Assembly (NCBI GenBank): GCA_002269645.1
Contig: NIVC01004886.1
Coordinates: forward strand, 1 to 32,363
Length of the DNA stretch: 32,363 bases
Direction: 5' to 3'
Origin: Macrostomum lignano
Taxonomy: Eukaryota
Under the pieces are notes generated by a model. The model did no database searches. It saw only the letters and a list, made by a program, of their open reading frames with translations, and was not told the DNA's origin. The translations under genes and the position numbers were made by a program. Within the stretch, counting starts at the first letter, position 1. Each line of letters begins with the position of its first letter. Shown one piece after another: positions 22,801-31,359 of the stretch.

Positions 22801-23495
22801 CCCCAAAGCACAGGTGAGAATCGCCCCAAAGCACAGGTGAGAATCACCCCAAAACACAGGTGAGAATCGCCTCAAAGCACAGGTGAGAATCACCCCAAAG
22901 CACAGGTGCGAATCGCCTCAAAGCACAGGCAGAATCGCCTCAAAGCACAGGTGAGAATCACCCCAAAGCACAGGTGAGAATCGCCTCAAAGCACAGGTGA
23001 GAATCACCCCAAAGCACAGGTGAGAATCGCCTCAAAGCACAGGTGAGAATCGCCCCAAAGCACAGGTGAGAATCACCCCAAAGCACAGGTGAGAATCGCC
23101 CCAAAACACAGGCAGAATCGCCCCAAAGCACAGGTGAGAATCGCCCCAAAGCACAGGTGAGAATCACCCCAAAGCACAAATGAGAATCACCCCAAAGCAC
23201 AGGTGAGAATCACTCAAAGCCCATGTGAGAATCCTTCTGTCACTGCAAGAAAATCAAATTACAGTCTCAGCCAAGACAATTCACATTCAACCCAAAACTG
23301 AAAACAACTCCAATTAAGGTTCTGCGCCTGTCCAATGGCGCCTGCTCCAATCACGACCCGGAGTCGGAGGCCCTGGAGACTCTCACTAATCAAACGTGCG
23401 CCAGATGCCAGGCGCGCGGTTGGCGCGGCAGAGGCTGCAAAAAATGGCGCCGCAAATGCCGGAGGCCGCCGGTTCTGTCAAGTGACGAATTCTGA
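13842..23495 (+). CDS. Predicted secreted, Arg/Lys-rich follistatin(FOLN)-Kazal protein with an N-terminal IGFBP-like Cys motif; 3 exons (13842-14523, 21914-22266, 23319-23495), about 403 aa
   Basis: Exon 1 has a signal peptide ([16 protein letters not shown]), a Cys cluster ending WCRCCIDC, and a donor AAAG|GTAGGT (phase 1). Exon 2 has acceptor CCACGCAG| (phase 1), FOLN-like TCRSVTC...LC...[11 protein letters not shown], Kazal-like VCA...[13 protein letters not shown], and donor CAG|GTGAGC (phase 0). Exon 3 has acceptor ATTAAG| (phase 0) and VLRLSNGAC completes the Kazal; TGA at 23493-95, AATAAA at 23539-44. The exon 2-3 join is strong. The exon 1-2 join is inferred from phase and from the lack of any other signal-peptide exon nearby. 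Confidence 0.65.
14706..14937 (-). mobile_element. tRNA-derived SINE, family B, near full length
   Basis: On the minus strand there is a tRNA-like head GCAGAGCAGCTCGCGGCAAAGG and a B box GGTTCGATTCC (14876-86). The 3' body is shared with 21716-21834 and 26951-27106. Confidence 0.75.
15977..15984 (+). promoter_or_regulatory. Candidate TATA box of the ANK-kinase gene
   Basis: TATAAGAG about 90 nt upstream of a strong Kozak ATG at 16072. Confidence 0.3.
16072..20946 (+). CDS. Ankyrin-repeat (about 12) + Ser/Thr protein kinase (STE/MAP3K-like) gene; 3 exons (16072-17417, 18302-18493, 20084 or 20097-20946), about 795-799 aa
   Basis: CCACCGCCATG start. The apparent ANK stop overlaps a donor (GA|GTGAGT). 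The middle exon is bounded by TTTCAG| and CA|GTGAGT. All junctions are phase 2. The kinase has [35 protein letters not shown] and DVYSLG. The frame at the start of exon 3 is ambiguous (see findings). Confidence 0.8.
17492..17995. repeat. 18-19-bp G-rich minisatellite (CAGCTACAGAGGGGGCAC) in ANK-kinase intron 1
   Basis: About 27 copies. It explains the GAPATE and GTSYRG ORFs. Confidence 0.92.
18500..19886. repeat. 28-30-bp minisatellite (CTCTCAAAGAGGGTAGCTGAGATGCCAA) filling ANK-kinase intron 2
   Basis: It starts right after the donor GTGAGT. Units become ragged after about 19150. Confidence 0.92.
21140..21670. repeat. 12-bp tandem array (TACAGTACTATC) with variants
   Basis: Direct inspection. 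It explains the STIY and YYLQ ORFs. Confidence 0.92.
21716..21834 (+). mobile_element. SINE family B, internally deleted copy
   Basis: Head remnant GCAGAGCAGC joined to the body CACAGCCATGAGGGCCAACCCC...AAAGTCAGGGCC...GTGTGAG. Confidence 0.7.
21914..22266 (+). CDS. Exon encoding FOLN + most of a Kazal domain, split by an Arg-rich insert
   Basis: The Cys pattern matches follistatin/SPARC-type FOLN-Kazal. It is flanked by AG and GTGAGC. Confidence 0.8.
22301..22488. repeat. 22-bp minisatellite (TTTGAGAACAGCACWGATTCTG), about 8.5 copies
   Basis: Period 22; lies in intron 2 of the follistatin-like gene. Confidence 0.9.
22565..23225. repeat. 23-bp minisatellite (GAGAATCRCCCCAAAGCACAGGT), about 29 copies
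   Basis: Direct inspection; same intron. Confidence 0.92.
23319..23495 (+). CDS. Terminal exon (absent from the ORF track): end of Kazal + basic four-Cys tail
   Basis: Translates to [58 protein letters not shown]. It is phase-0 compatible with the donor at 22266 and is followed by AATAAA. Confidence 0.8.
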   Translation, partial: VLRLSNGACSNHDPESEALETLTNQTCARCQARGWRGRGCKKWRRKCRRPPVLSSDEF

Positions 23496-24277
23496 GCAGT
23501 TCTGACTGCATCCTGGAGTCTGGTTGGCATCAAAAGTGAATAAAATTCTTATTTGTTGTGAAGTTTCTTTTCCTGTTGTGTGCAGTTAAACAAAACTAAT
23601 TAAAATAATTATTTTTCGCCCTAGTAGAAATGTAGCAAAGGCCGAGATGCACTAGCGAGATAGGAATTGTTAGCACTTAAATTAAAAAATTGTCTGTGGT
23701 TGAAACCCCAATTATTGCAATACAATATTCTACATGTAATGTAAAAACTTTAAAAATTCGAATTCCCTAACTCGCTAGACGCTAGTGCAGTTTGAGTTTG
23801 AAATGAAATTAAGTTGGCCTTCAAATAAACTTCCCTTTCTCTTACTACCTGACTGGAATGAGGAAATCCTTTAGCAGGCTATTGATGATTGCCAATGAAA
23901 GAGATGAGAGAGAAGAGAGAAGAGAGCTGAGACGAGAGACAAGCCTTGAGCGGGCCTGGATTGCTATTGTGAAGTTTCAAAGTACCCGAGGGCTGGCCGG
24001 AGTTTAGAGCGTGAATTAAAGTCGGTCACAGTCATTATTTAATATTTATCTATCTATTTATTTATTTATTCATTTATTTTTTCACATAAGTCGACAACTC
24101 TCAGCCACAGATCTCTGAAACACTGCATGAATGGGCAAATTTTTTAGTTACTGATGATACTACTTACATTTGGGCGTCTGTTTAGAGTTTTGTCGTGATA
24201 GATTTGCGTTTCAAAAAGTTACTCAGCAGTCAAGCGAAATCTGCGTTCGGGAGTTTAAATATTGACTGCCGGCCATA

Positions 24278-24825
24278 GGTTAGGGTGGTTTAGGCTAGAG
24301 CTATGTTAAAGTTTAGGTTAGAGTTTATTTTAGGGTTTAGGTTAGGGTTTAGGTTAGGTTTTGAGTCAGAATTTAAGTTAGGGTTACAGTTTAGGTTAAG
24401 GTTAGAGTTTAGGTCAGGGTTACAGTTTAGGTTAAGGTTAGAGTTTAGGTCAGGGTTACAGTTTAGGTTAAGGTTAGAGTTTAGGTCAGGGTTACAGTTT
24501 AGGTTAAGGTTAGAGTTTAGGTCAGGGTTACAGTTTAGGTTAAGGTTAGAGTTTAGGTCAGGGTTACAGTTTAGGTTAAGGTTAGAGTTTAGGTCAGGGT
24601 TACAGTTTAGGTTAGGGTTAGGTTGGGGTTAGGGTTAGGGTTTTGGTTAGGGTTAGTGTTTAGGTTAGAGTTTAGGTTAGGGTTTAGGTTAGGTTTAAAG
24701 TTTAGGTTAGGGTTTAGGTTAGGGTTAGAGTTTAGGTTAGGGTTTAGGTTAGGTTTAAAGTTTAGGTTAGGGTTTAGGTTAGGGTTAGAGTTTAGGTTAG
24801 GGTTTAGGTTGGAGCTTAGGTTGGG
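24278..24825. repeat. Interstitial TTAGGG-like hexamer array with a 36-bp higher-order unit
   Basis: TTAGGG, TTAGGT, TTAAGG and TTAGAG variants; 36-bp period over about 24380-24615. Confidence 0.88.
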
Positions 24826-25349
24826 CCCATGGTCGGCAGTCAATTTGGGGTAGTTGATTTTTTGACAAATCGATTTTTCCGAGCTTTGGTGACGACTTCT
24901 TGTCAGGAACTATTAGCTTTGTAACTGAGGTAGAGGATGATTGCATCTAGCTGCAGTGTTTCTAGATCTGTGCTTTGAATCCACTAATTTCACCGAAAGA
25001 ATATAGCTGTCTAAATTTAGTGAAACTCGCAACATTTTTTGTTAAAAATTGCCTAACAACTTCTATAGCATAACAGCAGCCCGTTTCCACCCCAGTTGCA
25101 AACCCTAGCAAACATGCAGCTGTGCATCACCCACATAATCTTTCTATTTTAAAACAAATCGCCAAGTTTTTGTGTAAATTCATGTTCGCTTGTGATTTTT
25201 TTGTTTCGCCTTGTTGTAGGAAAGCAAACAAAAATATAAGAAACAGCAGCAACAACATCTTTGAACCATCTTTTTGTTGCATGAGACATCTGCAAAACTT
25301 TTTTTGTTTCATGTTGTCCTTCTAAACAGTTGGAGTGAAAGCATGGAGG

Positions 25350-25626
25350 AGTCAGTCAGTCAGTCAGTCAGTCAGTCAGTCAGTCAGTCAGTCAGTCAGT
25401 CAGTCAGTCAGTCAGTCAGTCAGTCAGTCAGTCAGTCAGTCAGTCAGTCAGTCAGTCAGTCAGTCAGTCAGTCAGTCAGTCAGTCAGTCAGTCAGTCAGT
25501 CAGTCAGTCAGTCAGTCAGTCAGTCAGTCAGTCAGTCAGTCAGTCAGTCAGTCAGTCAGTCAGTCAGTCAGTCAGTCAGTCAGTCAGTCAGTCAGTCAGT
25601 CAGTCAGTTAGTCAGTCAGTCAGTCA
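25350..25626. repeat. (AGTC)n microsatellite, about 69 units
   Basis: Near-perfect, with one TTAG variant near 25607. Confidence 0.97.
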
Positions 25627-25881
25627 TCTACCTAATTTCTACAAAAAGCAAGTGCAGCGTTTGAGTGAGTTGTTCGGCGTTCAGTTTTGTTGTTGTAAAA
25701 AGCATCATCTAACACGAGAAACGAAAATATTGAACGCATCATTTAGGCTTGTTGAGGTGTTGAAACTTGTTATATTTTACACACAAAAGGATCAGCTTGG
25801 CCAACAGTAACCAATTATTAACCAATCGTATTGTTTTTTCTATAATAAAGGGTTTTCAGTCATTTAGTATATTTATCCAAT

Positions 25882-26276
25882 TCAGACCAGGGCCATAGCT
25901 GGGCACATCTGCACGGCTACCTTAGGCAGGGTGCCAGTCTTTCCCAGGGACTCCAGGCACCAGCTGTTGGCGCAGCCCAGAAGGTCAACTTCCTGCAATT
26001 TTTTAAATATTGGCGATTTTAATTAAACAAATTCTATTCAAATAGCAGAGCATCATTGCTCAGATCTGTGCTCACCTTGCCCTCGCCGTGGAAGCAATAG
26101 TTGCAGACGAACAGGCAGCGCTGCCAGCCGGACATCTCGGCGAAGTGCTCCGTCTCAATGCCCTCGGGTACGCCGCCGGCTGAACCACCACCCGAACGGA
26201 CGGTGAAGGCCTGGCAGCCGATGGCAGCGGCCAGGAGCAGGCAGGCGATGGCGGACAGGCAGGGGAGCTGGCTCAT
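25882..26276 (-). CDS. Secreted six-cysteine peptide precursor, eclosion-hormone-like; 2 exons (26076-26276, 25882-25992), 103 aa
   Basis: The signal peptide ends about CQA. An 83-nt phase-0 intron (AAG|GTGAGC ... TTGCAG|GAA) gives ...RCLFVCNYCFHGEGKEVDLLGCANSWCLESLGKTGTLPKVAVQMCPAMALV*. Cys spacing is x3, x2, x12, x4, x17. The gene structure is solid; the family call is about 0.6. Confidence 0.8.
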
Positions 26277-26950
26277 GCTGATGCGCTTGGCGAGAGTCTT
26301 GCGATTAGCGGTAAAAATGCTTTGCTTGCAATAGCGACTCGGTCCGGGAGCTGAGCGATCGACACTGTGAGCTGGCCGTCCAGCCGGCGCCGGTGCTGCT
26401 CCTTTTAAGCGGCCACTTCCCCACCCCCATCCATGATTTCTTGGTCACGAGTCGGTATAGCGATGCTCCGCTGAGCAGGAAGTGGAGCAGGTCTTGGGGC
26501 AATTTTTTGGGTCCTGATTGCTCTCTTCCTATAAGCTGCAGCCTCCTCAGTTGCCCCGGGGCTGGGCATGTATAATTGCATCGGTATCTTTGAAGCAACT
26601 GAGCTACGCCGAGCTTTTTCGAGCATACTCTCGAAAGCAATTTATAAACCGCTTTCGGCTGGATAAATTTGGAAATGCAGATTTCTCATAATTACAATTA
26701 TTCCCTTCCCTGACGGAATTGCCTCAGGTCAGGTTGGTGAGGCAGGTCTTCTAGAACGGAAGGTTTTTTGTTTCCTGCAATTTTCTTGCTAGTTTTTCAA
26801 AGAGCGAAGTGGCAGCTATAAATATACACTGTGACTCAGTTCAGTCTCAAGTATTGAGCTGTTCTTGAATTGGAAGATGACACGATATGGCACTGCACAA
26901 TATACACGCTATTACAGATTTTAGGTAAATTTAAACGTCATGTAGCGGGA

Positions 26951-27106
26951 GGTGGCAAAGCAGCTCAGTGTGGTAAACGGTCTGACTCTCGCTCTGCGAC
27001 CCCAGGTTTGATCAATTTGACCAATCCCCAAGGCACAGAGAGTGTACATGCCGACGAATAAAAAAGTCAGGGCCGCTGTACACCCTGTGTGAGCGTGTGC
27101 GTGAGT
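26951..27106 (+). mobile_element. SINE family B, internally deleted copy
   Basis: Head GCAAAGCAGCTCAGTGTGGTAAACGGTCTGACTCTC, a degenerate B box GGTTTGATC, then the same 3' body CCCCAAGGCACAGAGAGTGTACATGCC...GTGTGAGCG. Confidence 0.7.
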
Positions 27107-27236
27107 TCGTGCCTGCGTACAGCATTGGCGAGGTTGTGTGCTCAGGAGTCACCATGACGTTGTGTGACCATGTCGCCAAAGGCGTTTTGCCAGGATGCCT
27201 GCAAGCCTTCTTCATTAGTGTTACGCGGTATTGTAT

Positions 27237-28086
27237 TATAGCATTTTCCAAGCCAATTGAGCCTAGGAGCAAGCAATTTAACCCTTATTGGGAGAATCAA
27301 GCTATTGAAGACTTGTTTTTAATTGTCTATGGCCCGAAAGGGGGTCTATGGAGCAACCAATTTGAGAATCTGGGCGCGCAATTAATCCTTTTCACAGTGC
27401 TCGTGTATCCTTCACAAATAACTTCACTGAAATAATGTCTGCAAGTAGATGGCATATCAAAAAACGATTGACATTAACACTTTGATTTCAGAGAAACCAA
27501 TCAAAACAGGCAAATGCAAAACCATAGCATACAGTAAAGCCGAGAACAATCGTGTCTCTCAAAACAGTGTTGGACAGATTGAAATCAAACCCGATCAATG
27601 TTCAGAGCTCTTCAACGTCATTAGAGGATTGCTATCCAGTGATAAAAGAAGCAGTTGCATGTGTTGCTCTTCCAGTTACGATGCTCGATCTCCACCCCCT
27701 CGTGCGCGGCCCCGGCGTCCCGTGATTTCATAGCGACGCCTGTTAGAATACACTGTTTTTCTCTTTACGTCCAGCCATCGCGAAATGTCCGCAGCACTAT
27801 CACATTTCTCGATAGCAGCGACAATCAGGACGTACTTTTCGTTGCTTATCTCGCGATAGGGTTCTCGCCCTGCAGGATTCTGCTCAACCACTGCATCTTG
27901 GGCTGTAGCAAAACTTTTGTCACTGCTCTGCTCGCTAAATTATTCGCCTGCTATATTTATGTTTGTTTGCTCCATAGACCCCCCATTCGGGCCATAGACA
28001 ATGAAAAATAAGTCTTCAATAGCTTGATTTTCCCACTAAGGATTAAATTGTTTGCTCCTAGGCTCAATTGGCTTGAAAAAGCTATA
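27237..28086 (-). mobile_element. Tc1/mariner-IS630-like non-autonomous element with about 125-bp TIRs
   Basis: 27237-27360 is an imperfect inverted copy of 27963-28086, with TA at both outer ends. The internal minus ORF 27676..27891 encodes an HTH-like N-terminus (AADISRWLDVKRKTVYS...RARGGGDR), then a stop and degraded sequence (...LDSNPLMTLK). Confidence 0.75.
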
Positions 28087-28336
28087 TTACTCCATTTATT
28101 AGCGACCGCAATGTTTATCGGTTATTATTTGTCGGGTATACAGTACATACGCACACCCGCGCACAGATTCTTCGGAAGTCTTGGCCACAGACATTTTGCA
28201 GAATTAGCTGCATGCTGAGAATTCTCGTTCGCTCATTCATAGGCAAGAAAGCAAAGTAAGCCTGGCAGCGCTGATTCCATAACTCAAAAATCTGTTGGAA
28301 CAGCTGTCAGCAGCTCCTCAAAGTACACTTAAAATA

Positions 28337-28693
28337 ATGAACAATAGCGCTTGCAGCGCTGACTGGCAGCTAGCGGCTTGTAGGCGGCCTCGTAGGCCCT
28401 GCACAGATTCCAGCGTGAACTGGAAGGACTGCGTGCATCGCTGGAAACGAAGCCGAGACAAATGGCGATTCGAGGCTGTCGGCCTGCAAAAGCAACTGTA
28501 CGAGCTGACGGGCAGCGCGCAGCACTGGAGTCGTCAGGCGAGCGCGGCCCAGTCCCAGCTGGCCCAGGCGCGAGGCGCTCTGAACGGCTGGCGGGCTGAC
28601 ACCTACCGCGGCAGGGAATCGGCCGGCCAGTGGAAGGCTCAAGCAATCGGCTGGCGCGAGGAGGCCCGGCGTTGGAAGCTGAACTGCGGTTAG
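28337..28693 (+). CDS. Short ORF encoding a Trp-heptad coiled coil, function unknown
   Basis: GC-rich island in AT-rich DNA. Eight Trp lie at spacings 7, 7, 21, 21, 14, 7, 7. The start is uncertain (M at 28337 assumed). Confidence 0.45.
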   Translation: MNNSACSADWQLAACRRPRRPCTDSSVNWKDCVHRWKRSRDKWRFEAVGLQKQLYELTGSAQHWSRQASAAQSQLAQARGALNGWRADTYRGRESAGQWKAQAIGWREEARRWKLNCG

Positions 28694-31225
28694 CTGATGG
28701 ACCGAAAGGACGACAGGCAGATTGGCCTGATGTGCCGGGCCAGGCAAACACAGCGCGCCGAGCTGCTGCGCAACCAGTTTAGCGGGTGATGTCAATAGAT
28801 CTACTGTTCGCCGCTTTCTTAATGGATTGTGTCAAACGCATTGAGCTATCGAAAGCGGAGCTCCGGAGAAATATTCGTGTGATGCTTTTTTCATCAAGAC
28901 TATCGAAAATAAAGTCATTTTTATTTTAACCGCAGGTGCTTAGGTTTTTTTTTCTGAAAAAATTCATAACAAGCCTTCAACGACTTTGTTGTTTTATGTT
29001 TGTGCATAAATCGAACTAAAAAGAAATTTAATATCTACCCAGCCGGCCCGTCGACGAGTTCTCGTTTTAACTGTTATTACACTTAGCCGTAAGAAATAGG
29101 CGAAGTTGCTGCATTGCGTATTGGCTTTATGGTAGACAACGCATGCATGTTACCATTGATGTGTTCCTTACTACCAAGACTTTGTTAGTAATCAAGGAAC
29201 AATCACTTCTAGCTACACTGCTATAGGCAACCCAGTAATCCAATGAAGCTAGGTATCTCTTACCTTGATTCCTGATCAGTTGTTCGCTTCTTGAGTCTTG
29301 TTCTCTTTCTTAATTAGTCTCGTTTCTTATCTTCCGGAAGTTTAGACGTCTTGAATCAGTTGTTCTGGTCCTGGTTCCTCTTGTACTTCCAATGAAGTCG
29401 TCTCCGACCGGTATCTGTGCCTCAAATCAGAAGCTTCAAATCAACAATAGGGATCCCTGCGCCGCGCTGCGGTTTCAAATAAGCCTTCTCCTTCTAGCAG
29501 TGTCTTAAATACACTCTAGGTATAGCTCCGGTAATCACTGATAGTCCTCTGGTGACTACGAGTATCAGGGTAGTCCTTCTGGAGACTACAAACAATGGAG
29601 TCGCAATTAGACTCAGTAACAACAATAATATCGAGTCGACTCTAACACCTGGTGCAAATGAGTAGGGCTTACCGCAAGAACTCAGCCGAGTCTCGGTTGA
29701 CTTGGTCTGAAGGAAGTTCCTCGCCGACTTGCTCTTCGGAGCTCTTCTTCCCTCTGGAAGGTTCTCTGTAGCCTCTGTTGTTGCTCCGGTCCGCTTGTCG
29801 GACCACTTGTATTTATAGGCGATTTTGCTAACTATAATTATAGCAACATGACTCATGTGTTTCACATTAAATAGTAACATGATTCATTTTGGGTTATAAA
29901 TAGTATCATGATTCACTCCTTTGCTATAAATATTATCATGATTCATAGTTAACGTTTCGGTGCGCATGTGTGCTTTGTTCTACTTACAGTAACATTCTAT
30001 GAATAAACTACATTAACAATTTTTATCATTTTTGTGGGAAGTAGAATAACACTACACCATATGCATACTTGTATATGGTACCGCGGTCCTGCGCTGAACG
30101 CTCTCTTAACACTGCATATCCCTCTATATCAAGCACGCAATCGAATCGGAACTACGTAAGCTCATACAGCAACATTTTGATGTTTATGCATGAATAAATG
30201 ATATTGTGACGAATAAGGCGAATAAGACGGTCTTGTGTAGCGGTTAATTTAGATAGTTTACGATTAGTTAGCAGATCGGCAAGCCGCTTCCACCCTTAGA
30301 CTTTTTACTTTTACTAGTGCTACTTAAAATTGCTGGATCAGTTGATTAACTAATTAATTGGTGGGCCAAGGTAGACGGCGGAAGAGTTGGTGTAAGGAGG
30401 CCAGATAGCGTCACAGCTAAGGGTTAGCGAGCCTAGGTCGAGAAGCGAAGCAAGGGCCGAAGGGCGAGAGCGGCTGCTGACTGTAGCGTAAGCATATATT
30501 TAAAGGTAAACAGATACCAACACCCTTAATCCAAACCCCAGGCAAACAACCCCCCACGCGGCGCGCAATGTACATGTACAAAGTAATCGATAAAATATAT
30601 CATGCAAGAATAATTAACATACGTCAGTACATGTACATAGGTAGAACTACTTTACGAGAAATAATAACGATATGAATGAAATACAAATAATATAATAAAT
30701 ACATACGAGGCTACAAAAACAAAGCAATTAACAGTAAAAATAGCGCGATAATAATATGTACGAATTGTACGAACGAACAATTGTATGTACGAACCGTACT
30801 AACTCATTTTACCATTTATTGGTAAAATAAATGAAAGAATACAGTAGTAGTACGGTATGCATATGAAAATAAACAAATACGATACACGCTTCTACGAATC
30901 ACACTGTCACAATATACATGTATACAGATGTAAATTTCACACACGTTGCAGATGTTAGAAGGCAATAAATACGCATGTACATGCATTACTGTACACGTGT
31001 TGTACTATGCACGCATAAAAAGCTTACGATTAGCCTTGACTTGACTAGATCAGAATAAAAAGTTGTACATATAGTTTGTGTGCAGAGCCACCTGATCCGC
31101 TCAAACAAACTACAGGCATCAACAGCATCATGATATGTAAATGAATGCACATGTAGTCGTTTTTATAGCGAGTTACAGTTGCTCAGTAATTGGTGCTTAA
31201 AAATCTATCGTATTCTGACTATAAT

Positions 31226-31359
31226 ATCTTATTTCCTGCAAGCGGGTATCGGATTGCAAAAGGGATGCCACCCGCCGCAGTCACATTGCAATCTTATTTC
31301 CAGCAAGCGGGTATCGGATTGCAAAAGGGATGCCACCCCGCCGCAGTCACATTGCAATC
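31226..31359. repeat. Tandem duplication of a 65-bp unit (2 copies)
   Basis: ATCTTATTTCC...GCAAGCGGGTATCGGATTGCAAAAGGGATGCCACCC...CACATTGCA at 31226 and 31291. Confidence 0.85.

Noticed and set aside
23648-23789. Short inverted repeat TGCACTAGCGAG...CTCGCTAG..TGCA (MITE-like)
   Set aside because: Short and interrupted, with no TSD seen.
24278-24825. True telomere or chromosome fusion point
   Set aside because: The repeats are degenerate, single-orientation, internal, and bounded by short inverted repeats.
29040-30520. Possible LTR/5' UTR of a retroelement on the minus strand (TATA-like sites near 29815 and 30500, three about 33-bp repeats at 29860-29945)
   Set aside because: No second LTR, no convincing primer-binding site and no gag/pol ORF in the window.
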